This document shows, piece by piece, positions 39,620 to 54,228 of a DNA stretch of 64,000 nucleotides. Every line of letters starts with the position of its first letter. The first letter of the stretch is position 1. Source of the stretch: Eledone cirrhosa (lineage: Eukaryota); the NCBI GenBank assembly GCA_964016885.1, contig OZ024751.1:26598001-26662000 (forward strand), read 5' to 3'. The position numbers were made by a program, and so were the translations under genes. Below the pieces are notes generated by a model that made no database searches, had not been told where the DNA came from, and worked only from the letters and a program-made list of their open reading frames with translations.

Positions 39620-40270
39620 CACATATATATTTATATATATTCGAAGATGTTTTCTGTATATTCATACTGAATGACCACTCAATACATATTACATTTACCA
39701 GATTGAAGACATTTTCCAAACAAAATATATGTCAGTGACTTCAAAACTGTGTCCTTGTTCACAACTTTGAGAAAAAAATCTCTCTTGACAATCAAATATC
39801 ACTCCCATGTCATTGACTGACTCCAGTCTATGATAGAAGACACTTTCCTAAGGTGCCGTGTTGAGAGATCGAATATTGAACATTTTAGTATTGAACACTG
39901 AGTTTGAATACAAAGACATGCCGGGGATTTTACATACAGTCGTGTAAAAAATATAGATATGGTTCTTTATTTGCCGCAAGGACGCACAAGAAATGGGACA
40001 TTACAAGACGTGACAGCGGGGTTTTTACATAAAGCCGTGTAAAGAAGTAGATAGATAGTTAGATGTTTGAATTTTAATATGTAGATCCTTCGAGCTGAGG
40101 ACCTTATGGTTCTCAACTTTGACCTATAGCAATATGTAGCCATATATACACATCCTTAAACTCTCAAAGTCCTATAATAGTAATCTCTGTAACTTTAAAC
40201 TTAACTCTACAACTTCTGACATTCAAATGAACAAGGCGACGATTGTACATTCAATACAATAGATCAATGA

Positions 40271-40366
<96 letters not shown>

Positions 40367-40741
40367 GTCTACCTCTCTCTCTATCTATTATCTATCTATC
40401 TATCTATCTGTCTCTCTCTCTCTCTCTATCTATTTTTCTATCTATCAGCCTGTAGGTGGAAAAGAGGAAGGAACGAGGGAGCACCCTCTCTCTGTGCTCC
40501 TGAGGAGAAGGGGTTGCACACTTTTTTCGGGGGTGTGTGCGACCCCACAAACGCCCCCTCCCTATTGAGGACTTTATTGTTAATTTTATATTTGTTATTT
40601 GTTTTCTTTACTCGCCTTTTTGTGTAAACTCCCCCCATTGTACTTGTCCCACTTTTTGATGCCCTGGTGGCAAATAAAAAGAAACATATCTATTTTTCTA
40701 TCTATCTATTTATATAGCCTCTGTGTATTATGACATCGTTG

Positions 40742-40803
<62 letters not shown>

Positions 40804-41125
40804 TCAGCTGAAGGTGGAGCCCCAACATGGCCGCAGACTAATCACTGAAACCAGTAAAAGAATAAATGAATCCACACACACATATTTATATATTGTGAAG
40901 AGGGTTATGGGGAAATGAGAAGAAGGGTTGATATCCATTACAGCTAAACACTCCCCCCCCCCATCCCCCACCATCACCCCGTCACCCCTCTCTCCCATTA
41001 ACACACACTTAACCCCACCAAAAGCAACCCTTCAATTTACCTCCCTAATCTCTCTCAACCGTTATCACGTAGTCTCACTTTGACCCCTATCGCCTCCAAC
41101 GTCTCCCTACTTTACTTCCAAAACT

Positions 41126-41166
<41 letters not shown>

Positions 41167-41181
41167 CACACACACATACAT

Positions 41182-41214
<33 letters not shown>

Positions 41215-42465
41215 CATAAACACACATACATATATATATATATATACATACACACACACATATCTACATACATACACACCCACACACACATATATATACA
41301 CACACATATATATATGTACATACACACACACACATACACATATATATATATATATATACATACACACACATATATATATATATATACATACACACACACA
41401 CACACATATATATATATACATACACACATATATATGTACATACACACACACACACATATATATATATATACACACACACATACATACACACACACACACA
41501 CATACACACCCACACACACATATATATACACACACATATATATATGTACATACACACACACACATACACATATATATATATATATATACATACACACACA
41601 TATATATATATATACATACACACACACACACACATATATATATATACATACACACATATATATGTACATACACACACACACACATATATATATACATACA
41701 CACATATATATGTACATACACACACACATATATATATATACATATATATACATATACATATATATATATATACATGCATATATATACTCATATAATATAA
41801 TATATAAGTATAGATATATATGTCAATCTCTTTATAATATACTTTCGTCCCCCTCCACCTCCACTGCCCCCCCACACACCTTCTACCCACCATCTACCCC
41901 CAATAATTAGACAACTAACCAGTGCCAGCTATTATCTACCCACTACCTCCATAACACAGCTGATGGGTAGCCTCCATTAGTGTATCATCTATCAAATACC
42001 ACCAGGTACCTCCCTACCCTCTATCTACTATCACATACTATCTGTCTTTTACCTCCCCCCTACTTACAGCTCCCGGGTTCCTATGAACTCCCCCTCCACC
42101 CGAGTAACAACTACCGCAGGGTACCTAACTTCTTTCCCTCCCTATCCATTTCCACAGGGTATTTCTCCACAAGTGTCACGTGTCTTCACCCCGGGTATAT
42201 TGCCTTATTCCGGGTATCACCTCTCTACTATTCTCAGCTACATACCCACCGTCTACCCATAAGAATCAGGCAGCAGACATTTAACAGGCTCCAGACATTT
42301 AACCCTTACCCTCACCTGGATAAACTCTACTCTCAGGTAGTCAGGTAACACTCTCCACCCCGGATATCACACTTCTACCCGCACTCATCTACAATATGCC
42401 CCCTTAGATAGATAACTACTAACCACCTTACCACACCCGGGTATCACCCATCAACTGATGAATGA

Positions 42466-42745
42466 AGGCACTCCGTCGGTTACAACGATGAATGTTCCAG
42501 TTGATCCGATCAACGGAGCAGCCTGCTCGTGAAATTAACGTGCAAGTGGCTGAGCATTCCATAAACACGTGTACCCTTAACGTAGTTCTCAGGGAGATCC
42601 GGCGTGAAACAGAATGTGACAAGGCTGGCTCTTCGAATTACAGACACAACTGAGTGGACTTGGAGCAACGTGAAATAAAGTGTCTTGCTGAAGGACACAG
42701 GGCGCCGCCGGTAATCGAACTCTCGACCTTATGATCGAAGCCACA
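42466..42745 (-). mobile_element. tRNA-derived SINE, family B
   Basis: B-box GAGTTCGATTACC on the minus strand. Homologous to 27810-28108, with partial heads at 35030-35120 and ~45390-45505. Confidence 0.8.
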
Positions 42746-44090
42746 CACCTTCTCCACCCGACTATCAACTTCTATCCACACCATCCTTAGGTGGACAACT
42801 ACTAACCAACTCACCACCCCGGGTGTCATCCACCAACTACCACCAGGCAGCTACCACTCCTCCACTCCTACACTCCTCCACTCCACTCCAGCTATTCATT
42901 ATTGTCATGTAGTACCGGCCATTACCAAGCACCCATCATCCGGGTATCTTTGGCCTCATACGGATGGCGAGCAACTCACTCTTTGTAATGGCTTCTTACC
43001 TTTTAGTATTCAGCACAGACAGCAGGGTAGAGACGGTTACTGGCAACGCCACCACCACCACATCCACCACCACCATCACCACATCCACCACCACCATCAC
43101 CACATCCACCACATCCACCACATCCATCACCACCACCACATCAACCACCACCATCACCACATCCACCACATCATCCCTACCATCACCACCACCACCACCA
43201 CAAGCACACCACCACCACCACCACCACCGCCACCACCACCACATCACCACCACCACCACCACATCGCCACCACCGCCACCACCACCAGCATCACCACCAC
43301 CACCACCACCACCACCACCACCACGACTACATCACCACCACCGCCACCACCACATCACCACCACCACGACTACCACATCACCTCACCACTATCACTACCT
43401 CACCACCACCACGACTACCACATAACTACCACCACCACCACCACCACCACCACCACCACATCACCACCACCACCACCAACCACCTCACCACCACCACCAC
43501 CACCACCACCACCACCACATCACCACCACCACCACCACCACTACCATTCTAGTTTCGTTGGCCAAAATTTGACCCTGTTTCATCAAACAGTCTCAGTTGA
43601 CCAACTTGACTGGTTGATGGAGTTTCTTACCTGAGACACACAGACACAAACATACCACATACGCACACATACCGCATACACACACATATATAACACACAC
43701 TAACACACATAGATACACATATGTATGTATCCAAATATATGTATATGTGTTTGTATAAGCACAAACGCACACACAAACACATATATACACACACTTATAC
43801 AAATTCATCCACATTTATGTATGTATGTACATATATATATATATGTGTGTGTTTGTGCTTATATATATATATGTGTGTATATATATATATATATGTATAT
43901 ACACGCTACTCGCACCCACACACACATATTTAGGGAGAGAGGAACCGTAATGAATAGGGAGCTATAGTTTAAACAGTCGCACATATAACGATATATAGAC
44001 CGCACCAACGTTAAACAGATATACCTGTATATATATATATGTGTGTGTGTGTGTGTATATATATGTATGTATGTATGTATTTCCTGCTCC

Positions 44091-44322
44091 ACAGGATAGG
44101 TGACAAGATGGCTTCCACCGGTCGTCTGCTAAATTGTTTGTTACAATATCATTATAAATACATACATACATATATATATATACATATATATATAGATATA
44201 TATACAAATACATATGCAAACACACACACACACACACATCTATATCTATCTATATATATAAAGATATTGTTACAAACTATTTAGCAGACGACCGATCGAA
44301 GCCATCTTGTCACCTATCCTGT
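44091..44322. repeat. 60-bp inverted repeat enclosing a microsatellite
   Basis: acaggataggtgacaagatggcttc..gttacaatatc (44091-44150) versus gatattgttac..gaagccatcttgtcacctatcctgt (44263-44322). Confidence 0.9.
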
Positions 44323-44464
44323 CTAGCAAGATGTCTTCAAAAGCAGCTAATTACCTCCACAGTGACCTTTCTCCTTGCTTGGGTCTCCCCACTAAACAAA
44401 CCCTGACTAAATCAAGTTGTTACAAGAACGTCCACAACCCCGTCCCCACTACTACTACTACTAT

Positions 44465-44518
<54 letters not shown>

Positions 44519-45727
44519 AACAACCATTATCACAATGTCTTCCACTTATCATCTGCTTCCTCAGTCCCTCTCAAACATGACTACGTTTCTAAGCATGTTT
44601 GTTTGCTTGTGTTTTTGTTTTAAACGGGAAATCATTAAAATGTCTCCCTATTATTCGGGACTTTACAAAAAAAAAACAACATATTGTAAGGGATACAAAA
44701 TATAATAAAGCAATTGCGGCTTTGTCTTCTAATACCAAACCGCCATTTGTGTATCTAGCTTGCTTTCTATAATATGTCGCTGTATGTTTGTATGTCTACA
44801 TGGTGTTATATACCCTTATGTACTCACAAACACATATGTACGTGCAAACACACAAGTGTATGTCAGTATATCTCTGTTTGAACCTATCTATCTATCTATC
44901 TATCTTTCTATCTATCTATATCTGCATATCTATCTATATCTATATTACACACACACACACACAAATACATACGCACATACATATGTATATATATATATAA
45001 TTCGCATGCAGGTCAGACAAGGTATACAGAAAACTTGGATAAGTGGGACACTGTCAGCTGTCTGCTGGGTGTCTTTGTAGTTTCGGATGTTTAACAGACA
45101 GTGCTATTCTCCCCAGGGTACCAATAGTCTCAAAGGAAAGAGAGCTAATCGGGATAAAAACAACGGATACTGAACAAGACAGCAATAAATAGGGAAACAA
45201 GATGAAACATGTATATGCCAGTAGAGGGCAGGTAAACTGCAAACAGAACAAACAAATGTAGAAGAAATAGAAACATCATATTGAATTCGCTCGAGCAATG
45301 TCCTTGAAACGAAACAAAGTGAACTGCTTCGACAGTCAATGACAGGGTTATCCCCGAATTCCTACTGGTACCCATTTTCGGCAGAGTATATTGGAGCAAA
45401 GTGAAATACGATGTTATACTCAGGAACAGACGACGCAACCTGGCGTACGGATCGAATCCACGACACTACGATCGCCAATCCCATAACGACAAGGCCATAC
45501 ACCTTCACAGATTTTGAACTGAGAACGTAGAGAGATGGAATGGATACTGCAACACATCCTATCTGACTTACGTCGACGCCGCAAATTACAACTTATAAGG
45601 CTTAAACACAACTATCAAGTCTCAGAAGGTTATTTTTACATCTAGAGCATATATAAAAGGTTGTGTGTCTGTGTGAGAGGGCGTGCGTATGTATGTGTAT
45701 GTATATATTTACTTATATATGTATGTT

Positions 45728-45787
<60 letters not shown>

Positions 45788-45792
45788 TGTAT

Positions 45793-46400
45793 GTCAGGTC
45801 ACCACTTGGTGCTACTGGTAACATGTATCCCAGTACAACCTGTCTCATGGTCGGGTCGTTGGCGACTAAACTGGCAACCCCACTAAGGTTTCTTGGTGAG
45901 GAGGGTGACTTTGGACATCCTGCAGGACTAAAAACAAAACCTGTCAAAGGGCAAAGGAGCTCTTAAGAGTCAATGGCCATCCAAAATCACCGGGAGAGAT
46001 GACCCCTTAGCCTTTGTCAAGGCAGAATTCTAGGAGAAGGAAAACTCTGATATAACACCTGCAACCCTGATGGTATCCAATGATGTTGACTTGTTCTTCT
46101 TTTTGGTAAATATCATCTTGGTTAAGAGAGTGGGACTGGCTTTGTGCAGTGCCTTTGCTCACTATAAAAGCTTCACGGCACAGGCATTGCTTTGTATCTG
46201 GAGATCTCTCTGCACTTGTCATTACATGGTACCATGGGCCCAGCACTATGTGTCAATAATTGTCACAAGTGTAGTGTTTGTACCAGAGTTTTCAAGTTGC
46301 TGGCTGGACTAAAAAGTCACACTCGTTCAGCGTATCGGTAGGTGTTCTCCTACATGGTTATAGAGTAGTGGCCGTACTCGAAAACGAGTTGGCAGCCACC
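45793..46400 (+). mobile_element. Full-length ~600-bp RTE-related non-autonomous retroelement with (ATGT)n tail
   Basis: Three near-identical copies in the window. Contains ctaggagaaggaaaactctga, which resembles RTE 5' UTRs (from recall). 3' hairpin GTGGC..ACTCG-AAAA-CGAGT..GCCAC, then (ATGT)n. No Pol III boxes or credible ORF. Confidence 0.85.
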
Positions 46401-46438
46401 ATGTATGTATGTATGTATGTATGTATGTATGTATGTAT

Positions 46439-46470
<32 letters not shown>

Positions 46471-46716
46471 TTATAAAAATATATAATAATAAGTTGACGG
46501 GACTAACATAACGTTTCCCTGCCAGTACCGGTTGCATCTCAGCGGACTCAATAGGTAAGGTTATGTAAAAATCTCAGAGTAGACTCAAAGTTAATTGCTT
46601 CAATACAACACACGTAAATGGGTACCATAAATTTATACTCGTATATATATATATGTGTGTATGTGTGCGCGTGTGTGTGTTCGTATATACACGCACGCAC
46701 ATACGCACACAAACGT

Positions 46717-46782
<66 letters not shown>

Positions 46783-46861
46783 ACATTATATTATGGATAA
46801 ATAGCGAGTTCTGTTACTCTGGACTAATCTTTTCTCTCAGCCGTCAAGCCGTCAACCGCAT

Positions 46862-46937
<76 letters not shown>

Positions 46938-46952
46938 GTATATATATATATG

Positions 46953-47014
<62 letters not shown>

Positions 47015-47030
47015 TATATATATATATCGC

Positions 47031-47148
47031 GTCCGCTGATGAAGTTCTTACAATTCTTTGTTTGCACTGTGCAGCCACAGTATTCGGCAAGTTTCAAATG
47101 GCACTTACTGAAGCTTACTGGATTTAACAGAAACACCGGGGGCCGGAC
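47031..47148 (+). ncRNA. Degenerate hammerhead with a long stem-II insert
   Basis: GTCCG-CTGATGA-AGTT...AACA-GAAAC-ACCGGG-GGC-CGGAC. Perfect 5-bp stem I. Two G-to-T changes would restore the palindromic GAAAC-ACCGGT-GTC. Confidence 0.5.
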
Positions 47149-47310
47149 AAGGGCATGTAACCGCCACATGACGAATATACACTTTGTTAGCTCACTGGGA
47201 CATGTGTGTGTCATATACGTTCAAACCTTTCCTTATTGAGTGAGTAATTATGAACAATCGGGATCGGGATTATAAGCTAACATATTTCCTATAACCTCAT
47301 CAATATATAT

Positions 47311-47490
47311 ATGGATTGGCAGTATCGGTAGAGGGTCGGACGCCATGCTTTCCAGCATAGTTACGTCCCTTTACGATCTGAGTTCAAATCCCGCCGAGGT
47401 TGACTTTGCCTTTCATCCTTACGGGGTCGATAAAATAAAGTACCAGTAATGAACTGGGTAATTGCTGGCCTTGTGCCTAAAGTAGACACA
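47311..47490 (+). mobile_element. tRNA-derived SINE, family A (most complete copy)
   Basis: A-box TGGCAGTATCGG, B-box GTTCAAATCC, body gactttgcctttcatccttacggggtcgataaaataaagtaccag. Fragments also at ~559-600, 8435-8497 and 60922-61020. Confidence 0.85.
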
Positions 47491-47709
47491 AATATATATA
47501 TATATATATATGATATGAGTATCTATTATAAATGTAACATATTTTGATGCACGAAAGTTGTAAGTTTTATTATTCTGCTTCTAAATCTGCTTTTGATCAC
47601 ATCTTGAGTTGCTTTTAGATATACTAACTCTTGGTATGCTGTTTATATATATATGACTTTAATCTATGAACTCACTTGTTTTTATCTTGATGCTTATGGA
47701 AATTTTTGT

Positions 47710-47798
47710 ATTCCTGAAGATATATAAACCAGCAGACTAATGCGCAGTATATATATTGAGGTATGGCTGGCGGTTATGCTTTGAAACGTTTGTAGAGT
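47710..47798 (+). ncRNA. Degenerate hammerhead with extended stem II
   Basis: ATTC-CTGAAGA-..ATAAACCAGCAG...CTGGCGGTTAT..-GAAAC-GTTT-GTA-GAGT. Confidence 0.5.
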
Positions 47799-47909
47799 TA
47801 AATTATGTTATAAGTCTTAATTTATTATACTCTCAAGCGTGAAACTAATACTAATATCATTTGTACTGCTTCTCTGTCTTTTGTTCTCTGTTCATTTATT
47901 AAACTATAT

Positions 47910-47940
<31 letters not shown>

Positions 47941-47957
47941 CATACATACATACATAC

Positions 47958-48016
<59 letters not shown>

Positions 48017-48031
48017 ATATATATATATATA

Positions 48032-48088
<57 letters not shown>

Positions 48089-48137
48089 CTCTTAATTTAC
48101 ACACACACACACACACACACACGCGCGCGCACACACA

Positions 48138-48264
<127 letters not shown>

Positions 48265-48305
48265 GTGTATATATACATTTATAATGTATATATATTCGAC
48301 CGTGA

Positions 48306-48356
48306 GTTCCTATGGTTTCTGCACGTCACTTCCCACAGACGAGCGTCTTCAGGAAT
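48306..48356 (-). ncRNA. Degenerate hammerhead motif
   Basis: TTC-CTGAAGA-CGCTCGTC(TGTGGGAAGT)GACGTGCA-GAAAC-CATAG-GAA. Both boxes are intact, stem II is near-perfect, the cleavage triplet is unclear. Confidence 0.45.
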
Positions 48357-48611
48357 AAATATATGCACCCTCTCGTGCGCAAACACACACTCAGAAGCAA
48401 GCATATATAAATACGAAACACAATTTATACAAAATTGTGTGCATGCGTGTGTTTATGTGAATGTGTGAGTGTGTGGCTGAGTGTGCACACATACTTGTCT
48501 GTATATGTATGTTTGTATAGGAATAACGTGTTTGTGCATAAGGTGGTGAATAGCATTATGGGTTTCTATTGTTCTCATATACGTAGTAGGTAAATCTGCA
48601 TATATATATAT

Positions 48612-48673
<62 letters not shown>

Positions 48674-48784
48674 ATGTATGTATGTATGTATGTATGTATG
48701 TATGTATGTATGTGTACGGATGAGTAGGTGATACTATTCTTAAGGTCATCTATGTCTGTATATATAAGTGTGTATGTCTACATT

Positions 48785-48866
<82 letters not shown>

Positions 48867-48912
48867 TATATCGGATGGAAACAGTCTGCCATAAAGGTGT
48901 TTTCTACAAGCG

Positions 48913-48926
48913 GCGCCATCTAGCGG
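48913..48926 (-). promoter_or_regulatory. CTCF-like motif
   Basis: Minus strand CCGCTAGATGGCGC, a near-consensus CTCF core, in a short unique island. Confidence 0.5.
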
Positions 48927-50305
48927 TATAATTAAGTCACAGTCATACCTGGATATATAATAATAAAGAAAGAGGAATCTTTAACAAGAACGCATGCGCA
49001 CTTACATATACTCCTTCAAATTTGTCTTCACGTATCATCCAAGCTCATCATTCCCTCCCATCATTACCATCACTACCACCGCTACCTCTAACACCATCAT
49101 CACCAGCGCACCATCAGCATCTACATCTCCAGGCCCCAGATAACCATCACCACCACACACACAACCTCCACTACCACCAAAACCACCACTACCACCAACA
49201 TCACCCTCTCCACTACGATCACCACCGTAACCTCCCCCCCCCCCGCAATTACCACCAACACCGTCACCTCCACACCACCAACGCCACCCCCTCCACCACC
49301 ATCACTCCATCCACAACCATCACCACCACCACCACCACCACCACCACAACCACCACCATCACCACCAACATCACCCCCTCCACTACCATCACTCCACCAC
49401 CACCACCACCACCACCATCACCCCCTACACCACCATCACCACCACCACCACAACCACCATCACCCCCTACACCACCATCACCACCACCACCACAACCACC
49501 ATCACCACCACCACCACCAACATCACCCCTCCACTACCAAAACTCCACCACTAGCACCACAACCCCCCCCCCCCCCCCCCCCCCACCACCACCACCACCA
49601 CCACACCACCACCACCACCACCACCACCACCACCACCACCACCACCACCACCATCACCACCACCACCACCACCACCAACACCACCACCACCACCACCAAC
49701 ATCACCCCTCCGCTACCAAAAACTACCCCCCCCCCCCCCACCACCAACATCACCCTCCACTACCCCCCCCCCCCCCCCATCACCCCACCACCACCACCAC
49801 CAACACCACAACCACCACCAACATCACCCCTCCACTACCATCACTCCACCACCACCACCACCACAACCCCCCCCATCACCACCACCACCACCACCACCAC
49901 CACCACCACCACCACCACCACCACCAACAACATCACCCCCCACTACCCCCCCCCCCATCACCCCACCACCACCACCACCAACACCACCACTTGTCTCTAT
50001 GGCCATATTAATTATATATATTATTGTTACAGTGGCGTGTGTGAGTGGATAGAGGGGGTTATATTTGATTGAGTATATATATATGTATATATGTATGTAT
50101 ATATATATGTAAGTATGTATATATATATGTATATATATATGTATATATATATGTATATATGTATATATATATTTAACTATATATATATATGTATATATAT
50201 ATATATGTATATATGTATGTATATATATATGTAAGTATGTATATATACATCTATATATGTATATATATATATATAAGTATGTATATATATATGTATATAT
50301 ATATG

Positions 50306-50354
<49 letters not shown>

Positions 50355-51443
50355 GTATGCATATATATATTTATATATATATGAATGTATATATGTATGC
50401 ATATATGTATGGATGTATATATATATATGTAAATATACATGTATGTATGTATGTATGTATGTATGTATGTATGTATGTATGTATGTATGTATGTATGTAT
50501 GTATGTATGTATGTATGTATGGATGTATGTATGTATGTATATATGAATATATGTATGTATGTAGTACGTATGTATGTGTATATATGTATGTCTATGTATA
50601 TATGTAAGTGTATATGTATGTACGTACTTATGTATGTATGCATATATGTATACATGTGGATACGTATTTGTATGTGTGTATGTGTATATGTGTATGTATG
50701 TGTTTGTGTACGTGCACGTATGTATGTGTGTGCATATGCATGTATATATATATATGAATGTGAGTATGTAGGCATGTCTCATCATGTATCTGTATGTATA
50801 TGTCTATGTGTATATGTTTGTGTATAAGTGAGAGTGTTGATCGGTCCGTATTTCTACACTCAAAAAACACAGAAAACCGCTCAAAAATATATTATTTTGG
50901 GAAAGAGAAAGCAAATTAAGATAAAACATATAAATAAACAAAATATGGCAGAATGAAAGAAGAAAAAAACCCCACAAAAATCACAAAAACTAAACAAAGA
51001 CAAAATGGCGACGAAGCAAAGTGTTGAATATTTGCTGTGTGATGGCGGCAAGTGACGACAAAAGAAACTCTTGATATCTACGAAACATTATCATATCTGG
51101 ATTTCACTTTGAAAGTAGATACGGTAACGGTATTTATTCGTTCTTGCCTTGAATAAGTATTTCTGGTTAAATATAAAACGATAAACCATAAGAAAAATGA
51201 CGGCATATATCTAAAAATATCAAAAAATAAGATAGAAATCAAACGAGAAATAATAATAATAATAATTTCTGATAATAAGATCATAAATGAAAGATAATGT
51301 AATGATGTAGAATTGTCTAAATGGATTTCAATTTTCCAGCAGCAATTTCCTACTTTTCAAGTGATAATTTTGTTTAGACTGTCTTTTTTGTTGCCGTTAT
51401 TGTTGTTGTCGATGGTGTTATTAATCTGTTAGATCGTGTCACA

Positions 51444-51593
<150 letters not shown>

Positions 51594-51607
51594 AATTCAG
51601 AAACGAA

Positions 51608-51645
<38 letters not shown>

Positions 51646-51758
51646 GATTCCACTTCCTCAGTGAAATAACAACCCAACCAGGAACTGGGTATATCAGAGT
51701 ATTGACAAAGTTAAACACCTCAACAACATGTGTACTCGTCTCTACCACACTAATTCGG

Positions 51759-51813
51759 ACTTCCTGAAGAGGTCACAGCCAAAGATGGCTGTCACCGAAA
51801 TATATATAGCAGT
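51759..51813 (+). ncRNA. Minimal type-I hammerhead ribozyme
   Basis: ACTTC-CTGAAGA-GGTCACAGCC(AAAGAT)GGCTGTCACC-GAAA-TATATA-TA-GCAGT. 9/10-bp stem II, palindromic stem III. The cassette ~51645-51860 lies between (TA)n tracts. Confidence 0.75.
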
Positions 51814-51854
51814 AATAAACGAAGCCAAATTTTAAACATTTGACTTATTTATTT

Positions 51855-51930
<76 letters not shown>

Positions 51931-51932
<2 letters not shown>

Positions 51933-52535
51933 TGGCTGCCAACTCGTTTTCGAGTACGGCCACTACTTTATATCCATGTAGGAGAACCCCTACCGATGCG
52001 CTGAACGAGTGTGACTTTTTAGTCCAGCCAGCGACTTGAAAACTCTGGTACAAACACTACACTTGTGACAATTATTGACACATAGTGCTGGGCCCATGGT
52101 ACCATGTGACGACAAGTGCAGAGAGATCTCCAGATATAAAGCAATGCCTGTGCCGTGAAGCTTTTATAGTGAGCAAAGGCACTGCACAAAGCCAGTCCCA
52201 CTCTCTTAACCAAGATGATATTTACCAAAAAGAACAAGTCAACATCATTGGATACCATCAGGGTTGCAGGTGTTATATCAGAGTTTTCCTTCTCCTAGAA
52301 TTCTGCCTTGACAAAGGCTAAGGGGTCATCTCTCCCAGTGATTTTGGATGGCCATTGACTCTTAAGAGCTCCTTTGCCCTTTGACAGGTTTTGTTTTTAG
52401 TCCTGCAGGATGTCCAAAGTCACCCTCCTCACCAAGAAACCTTGGTGGGGTTGCCAGTTTAGTCGCCAACGACCCGACCATGAGACAGGTTGTACTGGGA
52501 TACATGTTACCAGTAGCACCAACTGGTGACCTGAC
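51931..52535 (-). mobile_element. Second full-length copy of the RTE-related ~600-bp element
   Basis: Reverse complement of 45793-46400 with the same termini. Inserted in (TA)n. Confidence 0.9.
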
Positions 52536-52584
<49 letters not shown>

Positions 52585-52590
<6 letters not shown>

Positions 52591-52996
52591 TAAAGAAAAC
52601 GAAAAATCAGTGATGCATCTGGACTCAATTTATTGCGTGTTACAATTGTTTCGCCGGCAGGTAGCTCGAGACATGGTCCCTGTATGGATCTGGCTGATTC
52701 TACGGCTGCAGGTTCCTTCAGACACGGGTAGTTCGTTCGGAGCAAATTTTATCACCCATAAAGTTTGCTCCGAACGAACTACCCGTGTCTGAAGGAACCT
52801 GCAGCCGTAGAATCAGCCAGATCCATACAGGGACCATGTCTCGAGCTACCTGCCGGCGAAACAATTGTAACACGCAATAAATTGAGTCCAGATGCATCAC
52901 TGATTTTTCGTTTTCTTTATACTATCTACACTCTACTCTGCTGAATATCGAGTGCTAATTTTGGCATACCGCCTATGGAAGCACCATAGCTACCAT
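52585..52996. mobile_element. Head-to-head hairpin insertion of an HHR-bearing element with a one-sided tail
   Basis: Inverted arms 52585-52752 / 52758-52925 (loop CACCC, one T.G mismatch). The right arm continues ~70 bp to 52996, and that tail is shared with 6797-6870. Confidence 0.85.
52784..52874 (+). ncRNA. Variant hammerhead with extended stem II (mirror copy 52636-52726, minus)
   Basis: CGTGT-CTGAAGGA-ACCTGCAGCCGTAG...CTACCTGCCGGC-GAAAC-AATT-GTA-ACACG. Perfect stem I, palindromic loop 3, GUA triplet. The first box is non-canonical (CUGAAGG). Confidence 0.65.
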
Positions 52997-53188
52997 TATA
53001 CACAAGTATATATATGGTAGTGGTAGTGGTAGTTCCAATCATGGCTGCTACCGATAACAACACCAACAACATCAACAACATTAAGAAAATCAACAATAAC
53101 ATTTTCAACAGCACCACCACCACCACCACCAACAACAACAATAACAATACCATCCACAACAACATCCACAACAACAGTAACAGCAGCT

Positions 53189-53225
<37 letters not shown>

Positions 53226-53229
53226 CGAC

Positions 53230-53261
<32 letters not shown>

Positions 53262-53343
53262 CAGTAACAACAACAACAACAACAACAACAACAAAATCAT
53301 CCACAACAACGTCTACAACAGCAACAACAACATCAGCAGCAAT

Positions 53344-53383
<40 letters not shown>

Positions 53384-54191
53384 CCAACAACATTAACAAG
53401 AACGTCAACAATAACAACATCTGCAACATGTCCCATTGAAACCAACCGAAACGGCCGTGTACTCCGTGTGGCAAAACTTAGACAAATCTAGCAGTGACTT
53501 CCATCAACCAAACAACCACACCCTTTCATACGTGATTTTATAAACATGTTACATGAGTCAACGAGGGAGCATGTACGTGGTCACCTCACCTGCTAGATAT
53601 AACAGCCAAATCTCTGTTATATCACACACTTATGTCTTTGAAAAAGATAAGATGACGTTACATAATGTATTCTTAGATAGACAATGTCTGGAAAAAGTTT
53701 CTTTTTCAAATGGTTGGTTACAGCTGGAATGCCTTTGATCATAGGCCTACTGGATAAGAAGTGACCTGGGGTTAAATAATAACATCAGTAACAACAACAA
53801 CAGTATTTAGTATGAATACTATAAAATCAATATTACGTCCTAATGGTGTTGGACTTTCGATCGTAATGTCGTAGGTTCAATTTCTGGGCCAGGTGAGCTG
53901 GCGTGTTTCTGTCTGTTATACATTTTATTTCACGTTGGTTCAGTTAATTCTACTAAAAATTAGTAACAGCAGCAGCTGTGAGCTTAACTATGCTATGGAC
54001 TGGCGCCCTGTTCAGGGGGATGTCTTTTACTACCAGTCGCTTAAACGTTAATGAAACCAATGTAAGATCCGGTTAGATGAGTCTCCGGGTTTGAGGCAGA
54101 CTTTAATTCTTTTCAAAACTATTCATACGGCAGTTATTGTTGTTGTTGTTGCATGTGTTGCTGTTGTGGTTGTTGTTGTTGCTGTTGTTAC

Positions 54192-54228
<37 letters not shown>

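Noticed and set aside
40806-40860. CTGAAGG..GAAAC-CA-GTA as a hammerhead (also 46495-46547 minus and 3478-3490)
   Set aside because: Catalytic boxes are incomplete and no convincing stem I or II was found, so these were not counted.
49022-50011. Pro/His/Thr-rich extensin-like ORF (also 42964-43425)
   Set aside because: Translation of (CCA)n low-complexity DNA.
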